In this document: positions 46,471 to 59,953 of the stretch, in pieces | How the letters are laid out: each line of letters starts with the position of its first letter | How positions within the stretch are numbered: position 1 is the stretch's first letter | From: Minutocellus sp. GHC0000111 | Lineage: Eukaryota | Length of the DNA stretch: 64,000 nucleotides | Direction: 5' to 3' | Assembly: GCA_977018835.1 (NCBI GenBank) | Contig: OZ361256.1 | Location: forward strand, 6,882,001 to 6,946,000 | Made by a program: the position numbers and the translations under genes | Notes under the pieces: model-generated | Told to the model about the DNA's origin: nothing | What the model saw: the letters and a program-made list of their open reading frames with translations, nothing else | Databases searched by the model: none

Positions 46471-48377
46471 CTAACAACCTCCACAACCACCGCCTCCGCA
46501 TCCGCCACCGCCACACCTACCGGTACGTGTAGGATGAAATGATGATAACATGACTTTGTGAGAAAATAAATAATTGATAAAATGCACGATCAGTTAGCAC
46601 GCCGCCACCGCCACACCTACCGGTACGTGTAGGATGAAATGATGATAACATGACTTTGTGAGAAAATAAATAATTGATAAAATGCACGATCAGTTAGCAC
46701 GCCTCAGACTTACCCTCCGCCCCCGCATCCACCTCCCCCACAACCGCCACCCCAGCCAATGCCGTCGATTGCTGTTCCGCATCCACCACCGGCGTCATAA
46801 AAGTAGACCGGAAATATCCAACCGCCACCTTCGTCATAATATTTGTTCACAACGTTTTTCCTCGCAGGATTTGTTGTAATCTCTTTAGGAAGTCCAACGA
46901 TGCCATTTGGACTATCGGCGCGATACCTAGCCTCCAGAACTCCTCTGACCTCAATGAGGTCGTTGAGCTCGGCTTTAATCTTGGCCTGTTTGGTCCTAGC
47001 GCTGGATAATGCTGGACAAAAACAAGTTCCAAGGTTTGCGCAAGCGAAGTCGCCTTCCTTCGCTCGAATACGCTTGTCCACTCTCTCCATCAGTATTTTG
47101 TAGGCATCCTTTGTTCGGATGTGATAGTACCCATATCCAAGCTCTCCTCGTCCAAAGATATAGTTGTCTTTCTTTGGATTGTTAATGCTGCCAGGTGCAT
47201 TGGATGCCTTGCTTTGAGCAAATTCGATGAAGCATTTTTCGCCGTTGGGTAACGTGTCATACGGCCACAACCAAGGCCCTTCCTCCAACCTATCTCCGCC
47301 CTCTCCGCCGCCATCAAGTGCACCAGAATCAACCTCGAAGTATTCACTCTTGCCTCTAGAGGACGCGCCCATAATGCGGTGCCGATTCAACACTGTCCCC
47401 TCTATTTCCGGACGAATCACCGGCCACTTCATCTCCTCTGCATCGTCTTGAATGCTGAGATGAGACATGACCCACTCGCTTTCCCAGTACCCCTTCGGCG
47501 GCTCGCCACGATACATACCGCCGATGACAACATAGTCTTCGCCGTAAGTCTGCCTCCATATCTGCTTGGTTGCATCAAAGGCTTTGTTAAGGGTCGAATC
47601 CTGCGATCGATCGTTGAGTGAGTCGTCGTGATGGAGCGTTCTGCCGGTGATCCTTCTACAATCAGCATCGTAACTGGCCAGCGACGTCAAAATGTCTGTG
47701 TGCCACATGAGATCGATTTGGTACGTCGGAACAATGATTTGGTCACGGCCTTGCTCAGTGGAACGCAGCTTGAGAAATTTGTAGTACGCATCCACACCAT
47801 CCTGCAGGAATTCTTCATCCCCGAACCGCTCTTGTGTCACTTGCCAAAGGAAGGTGGCCTGGCGTTCGCACGATCCGATGAGGTCGAAGTTGTGAAGCAT
47901 TCCATGCTCCTCGCTGGACTGCTCGCTTCCATATGATTCGCGAAAGAATAGTTCATCGGCATAACGCCTGGCCCATAACTCGCGAGTGTGTTTGGCTGCG
48001 TCGGCACTACCATCGTGGCGAACTACCGCACCCTCGGGACATTGTAGAGCAAAGGGCGGGTTGGCGTCGAGATACTCATCAACCCCCAGCTCTTGTCGGA
48101 CATACCTACCATAATCACGCGGCGCCAACCGATGACAGTGCCATAACCAAGCAACATCGATCGGTGGGATCAGCTGTTCCACGCCGTTGGCTGCCGTTGA
48201 AGAAGCAGATGCCACGAGGGGAAGCCATAAGTCTTTGTAGCGACGGATGGATTCGGCACTTGGTCGTTGGAGGGAGACGCCAGATAGATGCACCGCCCGA
48301 AGGAAGAGGACGTGCAATCTTGCATTGGCAACCAGATTGCATGAGAAGGGAGGGGATTTGTGCTTGATGGGTGCCAT
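46471..48377 (-). CDS. Glycine-rich domain protein (GRDP/DUF1399-like) (exons 48377-46714, 46516-46471)
   Basis: [55 protein letters not shown], terminal GGGC repeats. GTAAGT intron at 46713. Confidence 0.85.
46502..46701. repeat. Exact 100-bp tandem duplication spanning the last splice acceptor of the GRDP gene
   Basis: 46502-46601 equals 46602-46701. Confidence 0.95.
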
Positions 48378-48557
48378 CTTGCTTGGAGAATGTGCTTGCC
48401 ATCATCATCCATCGCTTGGTTGCTGATCTTTCTCGGCCATCACCTGACTTGCTTGTTCACTGTTCACTTGTTCTCTCGGCTCTATTTAACAACACCCCGA
48501 AAACTTCAAATAGAAAACTTCATCCAAAATCGAGCACATCATTTTTTCACAGCAACG

Positions 48558-49993
48558 ATGGCCAGCACGACGGAGAACGCCCCGGCCACCGCAGCAGCCG
48601 CCGCAGCAGCGGCCACCACGGCCGCCACCTCCCCACCCTCGGGAGGCGACGCCAACACCTTCCTCTTCACTTCCGAGTCTGTCAACGAAGGCCATCCCGA
48701 CAAGCTCTGCGATCAGGTGTCCGATGCGGTGCTCGACGCCTGCCTCAAGGACGACCCGTTGAGCCGCGTGGCGTGCGAGACCGTTGCCAAGACTGGCATG
48801 GTCATGATTGTCGGCGAGATTACCACCAATTCCACCGTCAACTACGAGCAGGTGTAAGTCGCGATGTAGCTCTGGTTGGTGTATCTTGTGATTCTAGCTA
48901 GATGTGCTTGCACATCTTATGCTTGCCCTATGCGCTTCGTCTAATTTTTGTGCTGCATCGGCATCTCCTCATCTTTCATCTGTCCCTATGAATCTTCTTC
49001 CTGTCCTGTACTATGCGCACATGCAGCATTCGAGACGCCATCAAAGATATCGGATACGACGATCCGGCCAAGGGATTCGACTACAAGACGTGCAACGTCA
49101 TCGTGGCCGTCGATGAGCAGTCGCCCGACATTGCCCAGTCGGTCGATGCCGTAAAGGCCGAGGACATTGGTGCCGGCGATCAGGGCATCATGTTTGGTTA
49201 CGCCACCGACGAGACGGAGCAGGCCATGCCCTTGAGTCATTTGCTGGCCACCCAGCTCGGCAAGCAGCTCACCGACGTGAGGAAGAATGGCACTTGCGAT
49301 TGGGTCCGACCAGACGGCAAGACGCAGGTGACGGTCGAATACAAGCTGGACGACAGTGGTGTGCCGGTGCCGCAGCGGGTCCATACCATCGTCATTTCCA
49401 CCCAGCATGCCGAGGAGGTGACCAATGAGCAGATGAATGCCGATCTGATGGAACACGTGATCAAACCGGTGGTTCCCGAGAAATACCTCGATGATAAGAC
49501 AGTGTATCATCTCAATCCCAGCGGTCGATTCGTCATCGGTGGTCCTCACGGCGATGCCTGTCTGACGGGACGGAAGATCATCATCGACACGTACGGTGGG
49601 TGGGGCGCTCATGGCGGCGGAGCCTTCTCCGGTAAGGACCCTACCAAGGTCGACCGCTCGGCATCGTACGCCGCTCGGTGGGTGGCCAAATCCCTCGTCA
49701 AGTCCAACCTATGCAAGCGTTGTCTGGTTCAGCTTTCGTATGCCATAGGAGTGCCCTATCCCCTGTCGGTGTATGTCAACTCCTACGGCACCGTCGCCGA
49801 TAACATGACCGATCATGATCTGGTCGAGGTGGTGAAAAAGAACTTTGACCTCCGACCGGGTTGCATCGTGCGAGATCTCAACCTGAAACAACCGGTCATG
49901 CGCAAGACTGCCGCCTATGGACACTTTGGTAGGGACGATCCCGACTTTACGTGGGAGAAGCCAAAGGAACTGGCATGGTCCAAGACTGTTTAA
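48558..49993 (+). CDS. MAT: S-adenosylmethionine synthetase (exons 48558-48853, 49027-49993)
   Basis: [79 protein letters not shown]. Confidence 0.96.
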
Positions 49994-50276
49994 AATCATC
50001 TTCATGTGTATATGAGCAGTAATATAGCAGTAAGTTATTTTGAATTCATTTTGGTGATTAAAAATATGTAGCTAAGGTTTAAGGTCTTAGTGGTTCTTGT
50101 TGTTCGTTAAAAATACTCTGGGTATGGGGTCCTCTACTCCTTAATTAAAATGGATTTCTGGGATCTTGCTAGCCTCCTCTAATTATATTTCTACAGGTAA
50201 ATGGGGACGGGAAAATGCAATGGCACGCACAAACAAATGACACCGTTGCTTGTCATCTTTCACACACAAAAATCGA

Positions 50277-53125
50277 TTAATTGGTAGTGTCGAGTTGGGC
50301 CAGTCCTTCGACCAGTCCTTCCACTGCGGCTTCTTCCTCGGGAGTGGGAAGCTTTTCGGGAGGGTCACCGTTGTGACCCTCGGCGGGTGGGACAGGCGGG
50401 GCTCCTTCCATGTCTGCCTCCTCGTGACCGAGTGGAGCAACGGCAACGGGAGTGCCATCGGTAGAGCTAGCGCCGGATGCAGTGCCCGGTGCTGATCCCA
50501 TGAGTTGCGGAGGGAGCATCATCGGATATCCTTGGACAGGGTACATGCCAGGCGAACCGGCCATCATGGGACTGCTGTTGTGGGAGGGAGGGCCGCCACC
50601 GCTACTACCGCCGCTGCCCTGACCACCACCTCCACCACCGCCGCCGCCATTGGGACCACGGTGATGGACGCGCTTGTGCTGGACCTTGAGGCGCTTGGCG
50701 CCAATCTGGAAGCCATTCATCTGCTCGATGGCCTGCTCAGCTGAGATGACAGAGTCGTAGCTCACAAAGCCAAAGCCCTTGGACTCGCCGGTGGCACGGT
50801 CGACGTACACCTTGGCGGAAATGACGGTACCAAACGGATCAAAGGCCGCGGCAAGGTCGGCATCGTTGAGGTCGTGGGGCAAATGGTAGATGAAAAGGTT
50901 GGCACCGGCGGGACCCTCGCGGGGTCTGGTGACGGGGATGTTGTTGCCGCCGCCTCCACCGCCGCCGCTACCACCTCCCCCCTGGTAGGAGTGAGGCGGT
51001 GGTCGGTTGCCGCGAGAATTGGGATGGGGCATTCCTCCACCACCCTGGGGGTACGGTCCGCGCTGAGCCTGATACATGTACCCGCCCTGCTGGCCGTAGT
51101 ACTGCTGGGGAGGGTATCCAGGTCCCATGGCCATGCCATAGTGCTGGGGATACTGCTGGTAGTTCTGGTAGTAGTTGGGGTAGGGGTTGGAATGGTGCGG
51201 ATGGCCACCGTAGGCGGCGGCACTGCTGCCATCGTCGCCGGAGTCGCCACCGCTGGAGGCATGGCTCGAGTTGCGGCCACCGCCATTGCCGGAACCGCGG
51301 CTGCCACGGGCGGACCTCCTCTCGGCGTACTTGACGACGATGGGACGGTCGCATCCGTCGAGCTGAATGTTTCCGGACATTTCCGAGATGGCCCGGTCGC
51401 ACTCCTCGCGGTTGGACAGCCGGACAAAGGCGCAGGGCTTGCGACTGCCGTCGGGATTCTTGAGGAAGTAGATGTTCTGAACCTCGCCGTGGGGGGCAAA
51501 CATCTCGCGAAGGTTGTCCTCGGACAACGTCTTGGGGATCATACCGACGTAGAGCTTGTTCTCGAGGTCTGTGCATGTTTGTTGAGGAGTTGAAAGGGGA
51601 AAGGATATATAAGAGGTAAGTTCCAACTTTTCTGTGCCAATGACGAGAAATATCAAGCAAAGATAAATACGTAAATACATTCAAAAATCCAACAGAACGT
51701 ACCAGGATCGTGCTGCGGCTGAGAATTACGAGGTGGCTGCTGCTGATGGTGATGGGAAGGGTAGCCGTGAGCGTTGGGTCCAGCACCAGGTCCACCGTAC
51801 TGCTGGGGAGGGTAGCCACCACCCCCACCGCCATTCGCCATACCACCGCCCCCGTACGGATTCCGGGGAACGTACTGTCCGGGCTCGGCGGCATAGCGAA
51901 CCTGCAAACATCTCTTGCCCCTATTCATCTTGACCTGATCGTGGACCTCCCTCAGCGCCGTGGCGGCATCCTGCGGAAACTGGTAGGTGACAAAGGCACA
52001 ACCGCGGTGGGTGCCGTCGTACCGATGACGGATGATGGACACGTCGGCCAGGGGTCCGTAGCGGGAGAAGATGGGGATGAGGTCGGGCTCGTCGGACGAG
52101 CGGGGGACCTGGCCGACGAAGAGCTTGACATCGGAGCAGCGGGGTTGGTGCTGGTACTGGTCGGGTCCTGGGCCTTGGGCTTGGCCTTGGGTGTCGGTGG
52201 CTGGACCCTGGACGGATGGATCGGCATTGGCATTGGAAGCTTCGCCACTGCCACCATCGGCGGTAGTGGGACCACCGACGCCATTGAGGACGGGACTCTG
52301 ATCGGGCGTCGCCACGACGGCGACGGCGGCGGCGGCGTGGGGCTGGTCCATCTGCACGACGGCCGGCTGGTAGGGCGACGCGCCGACAATGACGGGAGAG
52401 CCGTGCTGCCAAGCAGCGACGGCGGCGGCACCGCCCGCCCCCCCGGGCTGGGTCATCTGCACGATGTGGCCGAGGGGGACGCCCCACGCGGCTCCCGGGC
52501 CGGGAGCCGGGGCGGCCGTGGCGCCGACGACGACCCCGTACGGATACGCGGGGACGGCGCCGGCATTGGCACCGGCAGCGGCATTGGCAGGGACGGCACC
52601 GGCAAGAGCACCGGCAGTAGTAGCAGTCACGGCCGTGCCGTTCAGGACTGTCCCGACGGGCATCATGGCATCCTGCGGCAAAGCGACCTGACCGGCAGCG
52701 GGAGCGGCCGCAGCTGCAGCTGGGTCGCCCGACTTGGCCGCCATGCCGTCATTGCTCGAAACACCGCCGACCAACGGGGCAACTACTGCACCAACAGCCG
52801 AAGCCGAAGCAGGTCCGGAAGTTCCGTTCGACATGACGGGCGTGGGAGCCTTGGCCGCCGCCGCAGCCTTGGCCGATTCGGCAGAGGATACCGCCGTCTG
52901 CGCAGAACTTTTGGCAGGCGACTGACTCTGGGGGGCTGGGCGGTCACCGGCGGGGGCGGCATTGGCATTTCCCGAAGCACCAGCGGGGGCAGAAGAATTC
53001 TTCTGCCCGTCAGATGACGAAGATGCCGTTGGACCGGCCGGAGCATTGGCGGCCGAACGGGCCGCCACGGCCGCGAACGACATGGGCAAGGGGGCGGCGG
53101 CGCTCGGCGTTGGACCCTCCGACAT
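50277..53125 (-). CDS. CELF/Bruno-like RNA-binding protein with three RRMs (exons 53125-51703, 51568-50277)
   Basis: KLFVGQVPR...[15 protein letters not shown]...[21 protein letters not shown]...KGFGFVSYD...[16 protein letters not shown]. Confidence 0.92.
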
Positions 53126-53599
53126 GATTGTGTGGGTTCTGTTGGTGTTTTCGACTCTATATCAGGTCAATTCAATTGAATTCCTCCAGGGGTCAGTGCC
53201 CGGCCCAAATCGATTCAAACGAAAAGATACCGAGAAACGCGTTGCGGCACAACTTGTGTCACCTCCGTTTGTGGGCAAGATACCGGCCAATTAAGTCGAT
53301 AGGCACTCAACCCAACAAGGTATCTGTATGATCAAGACGAAACAAGGTGAAAGTGTCACCGTAACGTCCAATGCAAGGGTAGATTCTTCCCAATGCAATG
53401 CAAGCAAGATGATGACTGGGGTTTGTGTTGGCGGTTTCTTCTCGGAGGGAGGAAAAAAATCGAGGATGGCCCGAGAGTTGGCCGGGTCGGGAGCGTCCGG
53501 CGTGGAGCGAAAATTTTGGGTTCCGTTCAAGTCAAAAGAGCACTCTTGGGGTGGTGAGGTCTTTCCGTCGTTTTCGGGAGTTCTGATGTGAGACCAATG

Positions 53600-55639
53600 A
53601 CCTGGATGAAGGGTTTGAAGCAATTTCTTTTGCGTGCTTGACAAGGAAAGGCAAAATGTCAGTGCGACGACCCAACACAACGGCCGGCCGATGAAAAGAC
53701 TTGGTGCGACCAGCTTGTGAAATGTCCAGAGGAGGCTCTCCACTGGTGGCGTCAATTCTGTCTCGACTGGGACATTGTAGCTGATGACCTTCGAAAGCTC
53801 AGCAAGGAGGCAGGGCCTCGAACCTGCGACGACGGTTGGCTCCCCCCACTCGATCGAGAAGAAGGTGTGAGAGAAGAAGTGTTGTCTTTGTGCAAAGGAG
53901 AGGGCTAGAGGGCAGAACGTAGCTTTGCAGCACTTGTTCTTGCACATCATTGTCACCATGGGAATCGGCACTACCTGTTGCATGCTCATGGGTGGTAGTT
54001 TGGGTGTAGGTGTTGGGAACTGTTGGGTTAGCAAATGATCGGTGTTTTGGCACATGATGAGGGGGTTTCTGTGATGTCACTATGATGACGCTCATTCCAA
54101 GACAGTGGCAACATCCACTGTGATGGAACTCTCACGATTGCAGTGACTTCACTAGTTGCTCACCTTTGGTTTCTGGGCATCCCATGCTGGGCCACTGTAC
54201 TGTGGAAACTTGACTGCAATGTAGCAAGGTTGGTCGCCAGCATTTGGGTTGTCTCCATCGTTGAACACAATTTCCTCAACTTCTCCTACACTGTTGTTGT
54301 TGAACAGTCCCCACACTCAGTCAGGCTCAAAGTTGTGGTTTGACAAGCACACCATGGCCCCTCTGCTGAGGATTGTTGCGTTAACCGGAAGATTTGGAAA
54401 ATGAGCTTTGCACACCTTCGCCTTTCCCCTTGTTGACTCCCACCTTGTCTTGATTAGAGCAACAGGGTTGTTCGCACTTGACACCTCTTGCAGCTTGTGC
54501 GTGCGGTGGTTAAACTCGTTTTTGGACTTTTTGAATGCAAACAAGTGCATGGTTGTGCCAGTCTTTGTTATGGCATTGACTTCAGTGTTGCTGAAGTTTG
54601 CAAGATGGTAGTTCATTAGTTCACTTGCGTCGGCTGGAGTTGACTCCCCCACTCTCATTCGACGGAGAATGTCGATGAGCTTTTTCTGGTCGTTTTTTTG
54701 CCTCTTGATGGTCCTTAGTGCCATGCATGTTTCTGACAAGTCTAAGAACAGTTGTGCACCAGTGGCAGCAACCCCGGTCTTCTGCTGTGACAGGGAGGGT
54801 TTTCCACCTAGGACATCAAAGGCCCCTTTTTGCGTGTTTGTTGGTGGCGGCAGTTGGTAGTCATCTCCTATCAAAATGAAGATTGGCACTCCGCCGAACA
54901 CCTCTCCTTCATGCCCCCCTCCATGTGCTGTAGTTGCAAGATTTCTTTCTGATGCACCAAGGTTGTCTGCTGTGTACATGCTCCTCTCGTCAAGGATATA
55001 CAAGAGAGCCACTTTGTTGTCTGTCTTCATGGTTTCCTTCTGCTTCTCTGATGGTTCTGATGAGGGAGAGTGTGGGCTAATTGCAAACTTACGGTGCATT
55101 GTTTGACCTCCAACTGACCAGGCTGCTGCTCCTGTTGGTCCCACCACATGTGCAACATTTTTACAGCCAAATATCTCTCTCACTGCGTTGACCAGGCACT
55201 TTACAAAGAAGCTTTTCCCAGACCCGGCACACCCCTGCACTGTCAGGTAGCAGAGTGGCTTGAATGTCCGTGCCTTGTTTGGGTCAGCTGATGTTGCACA
55301 CTCCACCCATTCTTTGACTTTGCTCATCACAGTGAGGAGCACTTCTTGTTGGTCTCCTTTCACCATTGACACATCAATTTTCATGCGCTCCCCGTCAACT
55401 TGAGTGGTGAATGGTTCCCACTGGTTGCTGCTGTCCTTTGCTTGCTTCTGGTCCTGTAGCCAGGTGCCACCTTCTAGCATTTCATCCCTCTCTGGGAAAA
55501 GTCTTGCTCCCCAGTCGTAAGTCAGGCCCCGATCAAACTTGAAGTCATCAATGTTGAGCTCTGGATCGTTTCCCTGGGCATTGGTTTTTACCAGGGGGTG
55601 AGAATGTCCCTTGTCTCGTCGTCGTCCATGTGTCACCAT
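53600..55639 (-). pseudogene. PIF1-like SF1B helicase domain of the Helitron-like RepHel
   Basis: Walker A QGCAGSGKS, GPTGAAA..VGGQTMH, ILDERSM, FGGVPIFILIGDDYQLPP, KRQ, RMRVG. Continues past the stop at 54317 with WGLFNNSVGEV and CPLALSFA. Confidence 0.88.
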
Positions 55640-55767
55640 GAGCCTCGTAGTCGAAGCATTCTTCGTCTTCAGCTGTTGGTTCGCATTGGCGCTTCTTTAG
55701 CTTTCTTTCTCTGACCCGAGTGTATGCAATCTTGACCGACTTGGGACAGTCTAGGCTGTTGACGAAG

Positions 55768-58700
55768 TCATTGAAGTCTTGGATCCATCCATTTGTCCTT
55801 GGTGCGGCGAGGAGGTGATGATGGTGCCTTCCAGGGTTTGTGCACTAGCAAAGTCATTCTTGCGTAGTCGTGGGTGACTGGGTAAGTAGGCTGCCCCCGT
55901 CCACCAACCCAGTGTGGAATGACTGTTTTCTTGGTAGTCCTTCTTTCAACTTCCTCCTCAAACAATCCACTTAGCGACACAAATCAGGGCGTTCTGGTGG
56001 TGCAGTTTTTCTGTGCCGCCGTGCGATCAGTCCATTGTGACTGTCTGATGTGAGTTTGTAGCTTCCTGAAAGACTTATTGACTCAATGTTTTCTGTGCTA
56101 AGAACTAGTGGCAACTTGTCTAGTTCCACCATGCACTCTTGTTTTGGTATGAGCCTGCTCACACCACTGATCGATTTTGAGTAACTTTCTGGCGATCGTG
56201 ATGACGTCGTCCCCACTGTCCCTGAGAGTTCTTCGGCACTGCATGTTTATGTGTGCATGGTGTGATTTAAGTTCAAAGTGTCGAGTAAGAGACATGGTGA
56301 GTGCCTTTGTCATGTAGCAATTTGAAAATGAGTCAAACAAATGCCGCCGGCGACTATGTCACTACTAACGGTGTTTCCATAAAAGTGGCGGCGTCCACTC
56401 TTCCGGAAAATGGTCCCGTTTCTTGTTGATCCCGATTTGGCACATACCTCATGATGATCGTTTTCAATGTTTCGCGCTCGACAGCGAGAGTTTCATTGCC
56501 TTTGCAGGCGTATGCAACGACGTAGTCAGTAACCTCTGCGATATCTTCTGGTGTGGGTTCCCCTTCGTGACAGTCATATAAGAGGACCTTGATGTCGCAA
56601 TTGCCACGCCAACCTCGCAGTGCATGAAGTGGGGTTTGTATCATCCGGAGACTATTCCGTTTCATTTTCGAGCTTGAGGAAGTCGCGATCGTCTCGGGTA
56701 ATAGCATGATCCGAGCGCAATTTGAAACCTGGTGTATCGCATTTGTTCTTGGTGGCTTCATATCCCGCGCCAGCTCGACAGTATCGACATTTTGCCGATG
56801 ACTTGTCGGATGAATTCGTTGTTGGTGCCGATGCGTCGCGTTGCGTTTTGTTCTTGTTTCGTCGATGATTTCGCATGCAGTAGCTACCGCATTTGTGATG
56901 TTGGCACTCGAAGCAGAGCTGCTTTTCATCCTCGCGATAGTCAGATACATCCCCAAGCCTTCTTTGCTTGCACCCATGTTTGGAGTTACGTCCCTTGGAT
57001 TGCGATGGAGAGGAAAGCGAGGTACGTGAGAATTGCAACCTGATCATGATGCGTGTTTGATTGTAAATATGTTTCTCGAACTCACCCATTGTTACCATTT
57101 ACCGATGATGTCATGCCGAATATTCGTTCTGCCCAATCTCCTACCAATTTGGATTGGTCAGCGTGGCTTCTACCTCCGTCATTAAGTTCGTCCTGGAGAT
57201 CCTTTGTTATCTTTTTATTGAGGATAGCGAGAAGATGAAGATGGATCTGACCTCTGCCCTTGGCGAATTCGATCCGCCCCCAGTAATGTTCTATGCCGCC
57301 CCCAGTAATGTTCTATGCCGAATACCTCTTTGCCCACGGTATTCAGGAAGTCTTCTGCCCTTTTGATAAAAAATTGCTGTATGACGAGGGCGTAATCATT
57401 GATGGCTTTGTTTCTATCGGTTCTGTTGTTGGTGAGATCGATTTTGCGGCCATCTCGATAACACCGTGTTCCATGGACCGTGTTTTGACCCTCAGCGATC
57501 CATATTCGTTCCTCCAGGAGCCTCAGCATGTCTGGCCAGAAATATTCGGAACAAGAAAGGGTCATGAACAGATCTGGTGGCCCATTCCCGGCCTCGATAT
57601 GATGAGATATCCAGGTGTATAATTTGGTAAATGAGTTTACTGACGAAGGATGAGTCGCCGCTTTCGAGCTGTTCTTTGAGCTCGTCCAGTGATTTGGGTG
57701 GATCGTAAATGTGGGTATTCACGAAGTACTTCCCGTCGTCTTTGTTTCGGTGTCGCTGAGAATAATTATATGCAAAGAAGCACCAGAGCTTATCTCTCTG
57801 AAATCGTCCATCGGACTGTCGAAGAAGATGACGAGCCCAGTTGGAGGCATCAATGTCTGCCTCGCGATCCATGTCTCGAAAATCCGCAACTCCTCCTGGA
57901 AACAACCAGGGGAAGGCATTGGTGAATATCCTTACGTTGGAGTATTCCGAAATGGCGTCAGGATAGCTAGTCTGAGGCCAGTCGAGCACCGACACGTCAT
58001 TTCTATCACCGGCGGCCTCTTTCAATGATTTTATCATCGCTTCTTGACTCTCGTTGGTGAAAGTTGTATTTTCTCGGCACGAAAATCCTGAACATTCTTC
58101 CTCTTGGTTGTCAACATGTGGATCCACACATTGAGTCATTGACACTCCTGACTCAGCTTCCATGTCGACTCCTTCATTTTCGTCGGTCCGGATAATTTCA
58201 GTAACTGACGATAAGTCAGATTCTTCCTGGTCAGCAGGTATCCAGTCGAGGTTGGCTTCGTCGATAGTCAGATCTCCCTTCTCATACGCCTGTTTGTAGT
58301 CCTTATGATATCGCACGAGCCAATGCAGAGCGTTCATTACTCGTCGGCGATTGACTACGTACGTCGTCGTAGTCGGTAGACCATCGAGCCCTTCATGTGT
58401 TCGGATCATTCGAATAGCTTTCACCTCTTTGGGTAGTTTTGGAAGGGAGGATGCAAGCTCATCGATATTTTGCATGAACGAGCAGACATGACCCTTGATC
58501 CCCAAGGTACCATTTTTGATGTGATGAATAGGGATGAGCGGTGACACTCGTTGAATCAACAGTTTCTCAGCAATAGTGAGACATTCGAGCTCCACTGGCA
58601 CATCCCGGCGCTTCACACCCTCATCGTCGATCCAAATTGGTATCATAGCATTTTCTTCGGTGTAATTGCTGCTGGATCGCTTGTCTGCGCACCGCGGGCA

Positions 58701-59165
58701 AATTCCTCTCTGATTGACGGTAAGATTCAAGCTGCACTCGTTGCATGCGGAGCATATTTCATGATGAATGTTCGTCATTCTTGACTCGAATCGAAATATC
58801 GGAACAAGTACTTTCTAATCTGAATAAGAAGCGGATCGGAATGCCTCTCGGTTGATAGAATAGCGGTCGTCTTTTTGAGTGAACTTGTGCAATTTTTGCC
58901 TAGCCGTGGCAATTAATGTCGTTGCTCGCCCTATTGATTCCTTGTAGTTGGAATCTGACTTAGCGTAAAATGGATCACTGTCACCTAGGTCGACGTCTAG
59001 TTCAATAGATTCTTCCCATAATTTTTGGACATGAAGAGCGTCGTAGTCCCTGAGACGGTCGTGGTAGGGAGGCTTCATGTCTATCCTAGGAAGCTTTTCT
59101 CTCTCGGCAGTCCGCTTCCTGGCACTCCTGATGTTTTGTAGTCGCCTCTTTTCGCTTTTTGACAC
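55768..59165 (-). pseudogene. Rep (HUH endonuclease) region of the Helitron-like RepHel
   Basis: LTIAEKLLIQRVSP...GHVCSF (DUF6570-like), AFPWLFPGG, DGRF, TLSCSEYFWPD, EFAKGRGQIHLHLL (HUH, ~57231-57270), GWRGNCDI, YVVAYACK. In-frame TAG at 58815, 22-bp duplication at 57274-57317, further frameshifts. Confidence 0.85.
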
Positions 59166-59311
59166 CTAAAAGGAACACAGTTGTAAATCGGCATCACATT
59201 TGTTCAGGTGAGTAATTGGTTGAGGCGACGCAATTCCGGGACAATGGCATTGGACACTATCATGGAATTAGTGCTTGATGATGCATATTAGTGGTTCACA
59301 TTACAAATTAC

Positions 59312-59953
59312 CTGGTTTTTCTTCCTCTTTAGGTTGCCGGAGTAAGGCACGCAAATGCCACCGCGAAGACGAACGTTGACAGTGACGGTGGACCCATTGT
59401 GCATGCCTAATTGCCAAACTTTTGCATTGGAGTACTCGAGGAGCTTTGAACTGTACGATGTGTACATTTCACTTGCAGGCATCGGCAATTTTTCTGACAC
59501 CAGGGTGACAATCATTTTGTGAAGAGACTTGGCAGTGTCATTAATGTAGACACAGGTTTGGGTAACAGACCCATCAGGACACTTGATGAATATCACCCAT
59601 TTGTGGTTCTTCTGGTTCACCACATGGATTGTGCAACCGTCATGCATGCCCAAGCAATGCAAGGGAACATCAATGTCGTAATGGTTGCCGCGGAAAAGGG
59701 AACCAATGTACCAACAGTCCTCGTCCCAGTCGTCTTTGAGCTCACCCTCAATTTCCTTGTAAGCAGCTTCCTCAATGATCCCCCACAGATTGACACCTTT
59801 GAGTTCTCGTGAAACTTCCAATTTCAGCACGCATGGCGGTGTCCGACACCTGTAAAATGGCTGGAGTTCTTTCTCTTTCCCAAAAGGGACTAGGCCTTCG
59901 TACGTGACGTGACGAGGAATTATGACATCAATGTCCCACATGGGCTTGAGCAC
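59312..59953 (-). pseudogene. Ubiquitin-like module (probably two tandem Ubl domains, second ending LRGG) spliced to the Rep reading frame
   Basis: ...LGMHDGCTIHVV then VIFIKCPDG...LGMHNGSTVTVNVRLRGG. Phase-0 intron CAG|GTAATT...TTTTAG|GTG joins it to ORF 58815..59165. Confidence 0.68.

Noticed and set aside
53300..53650. Helitron 3' hairpin + CTRR terminus
   Set aside because: No convincing hairpin/CTRR found by eye; element boundary left approximate.
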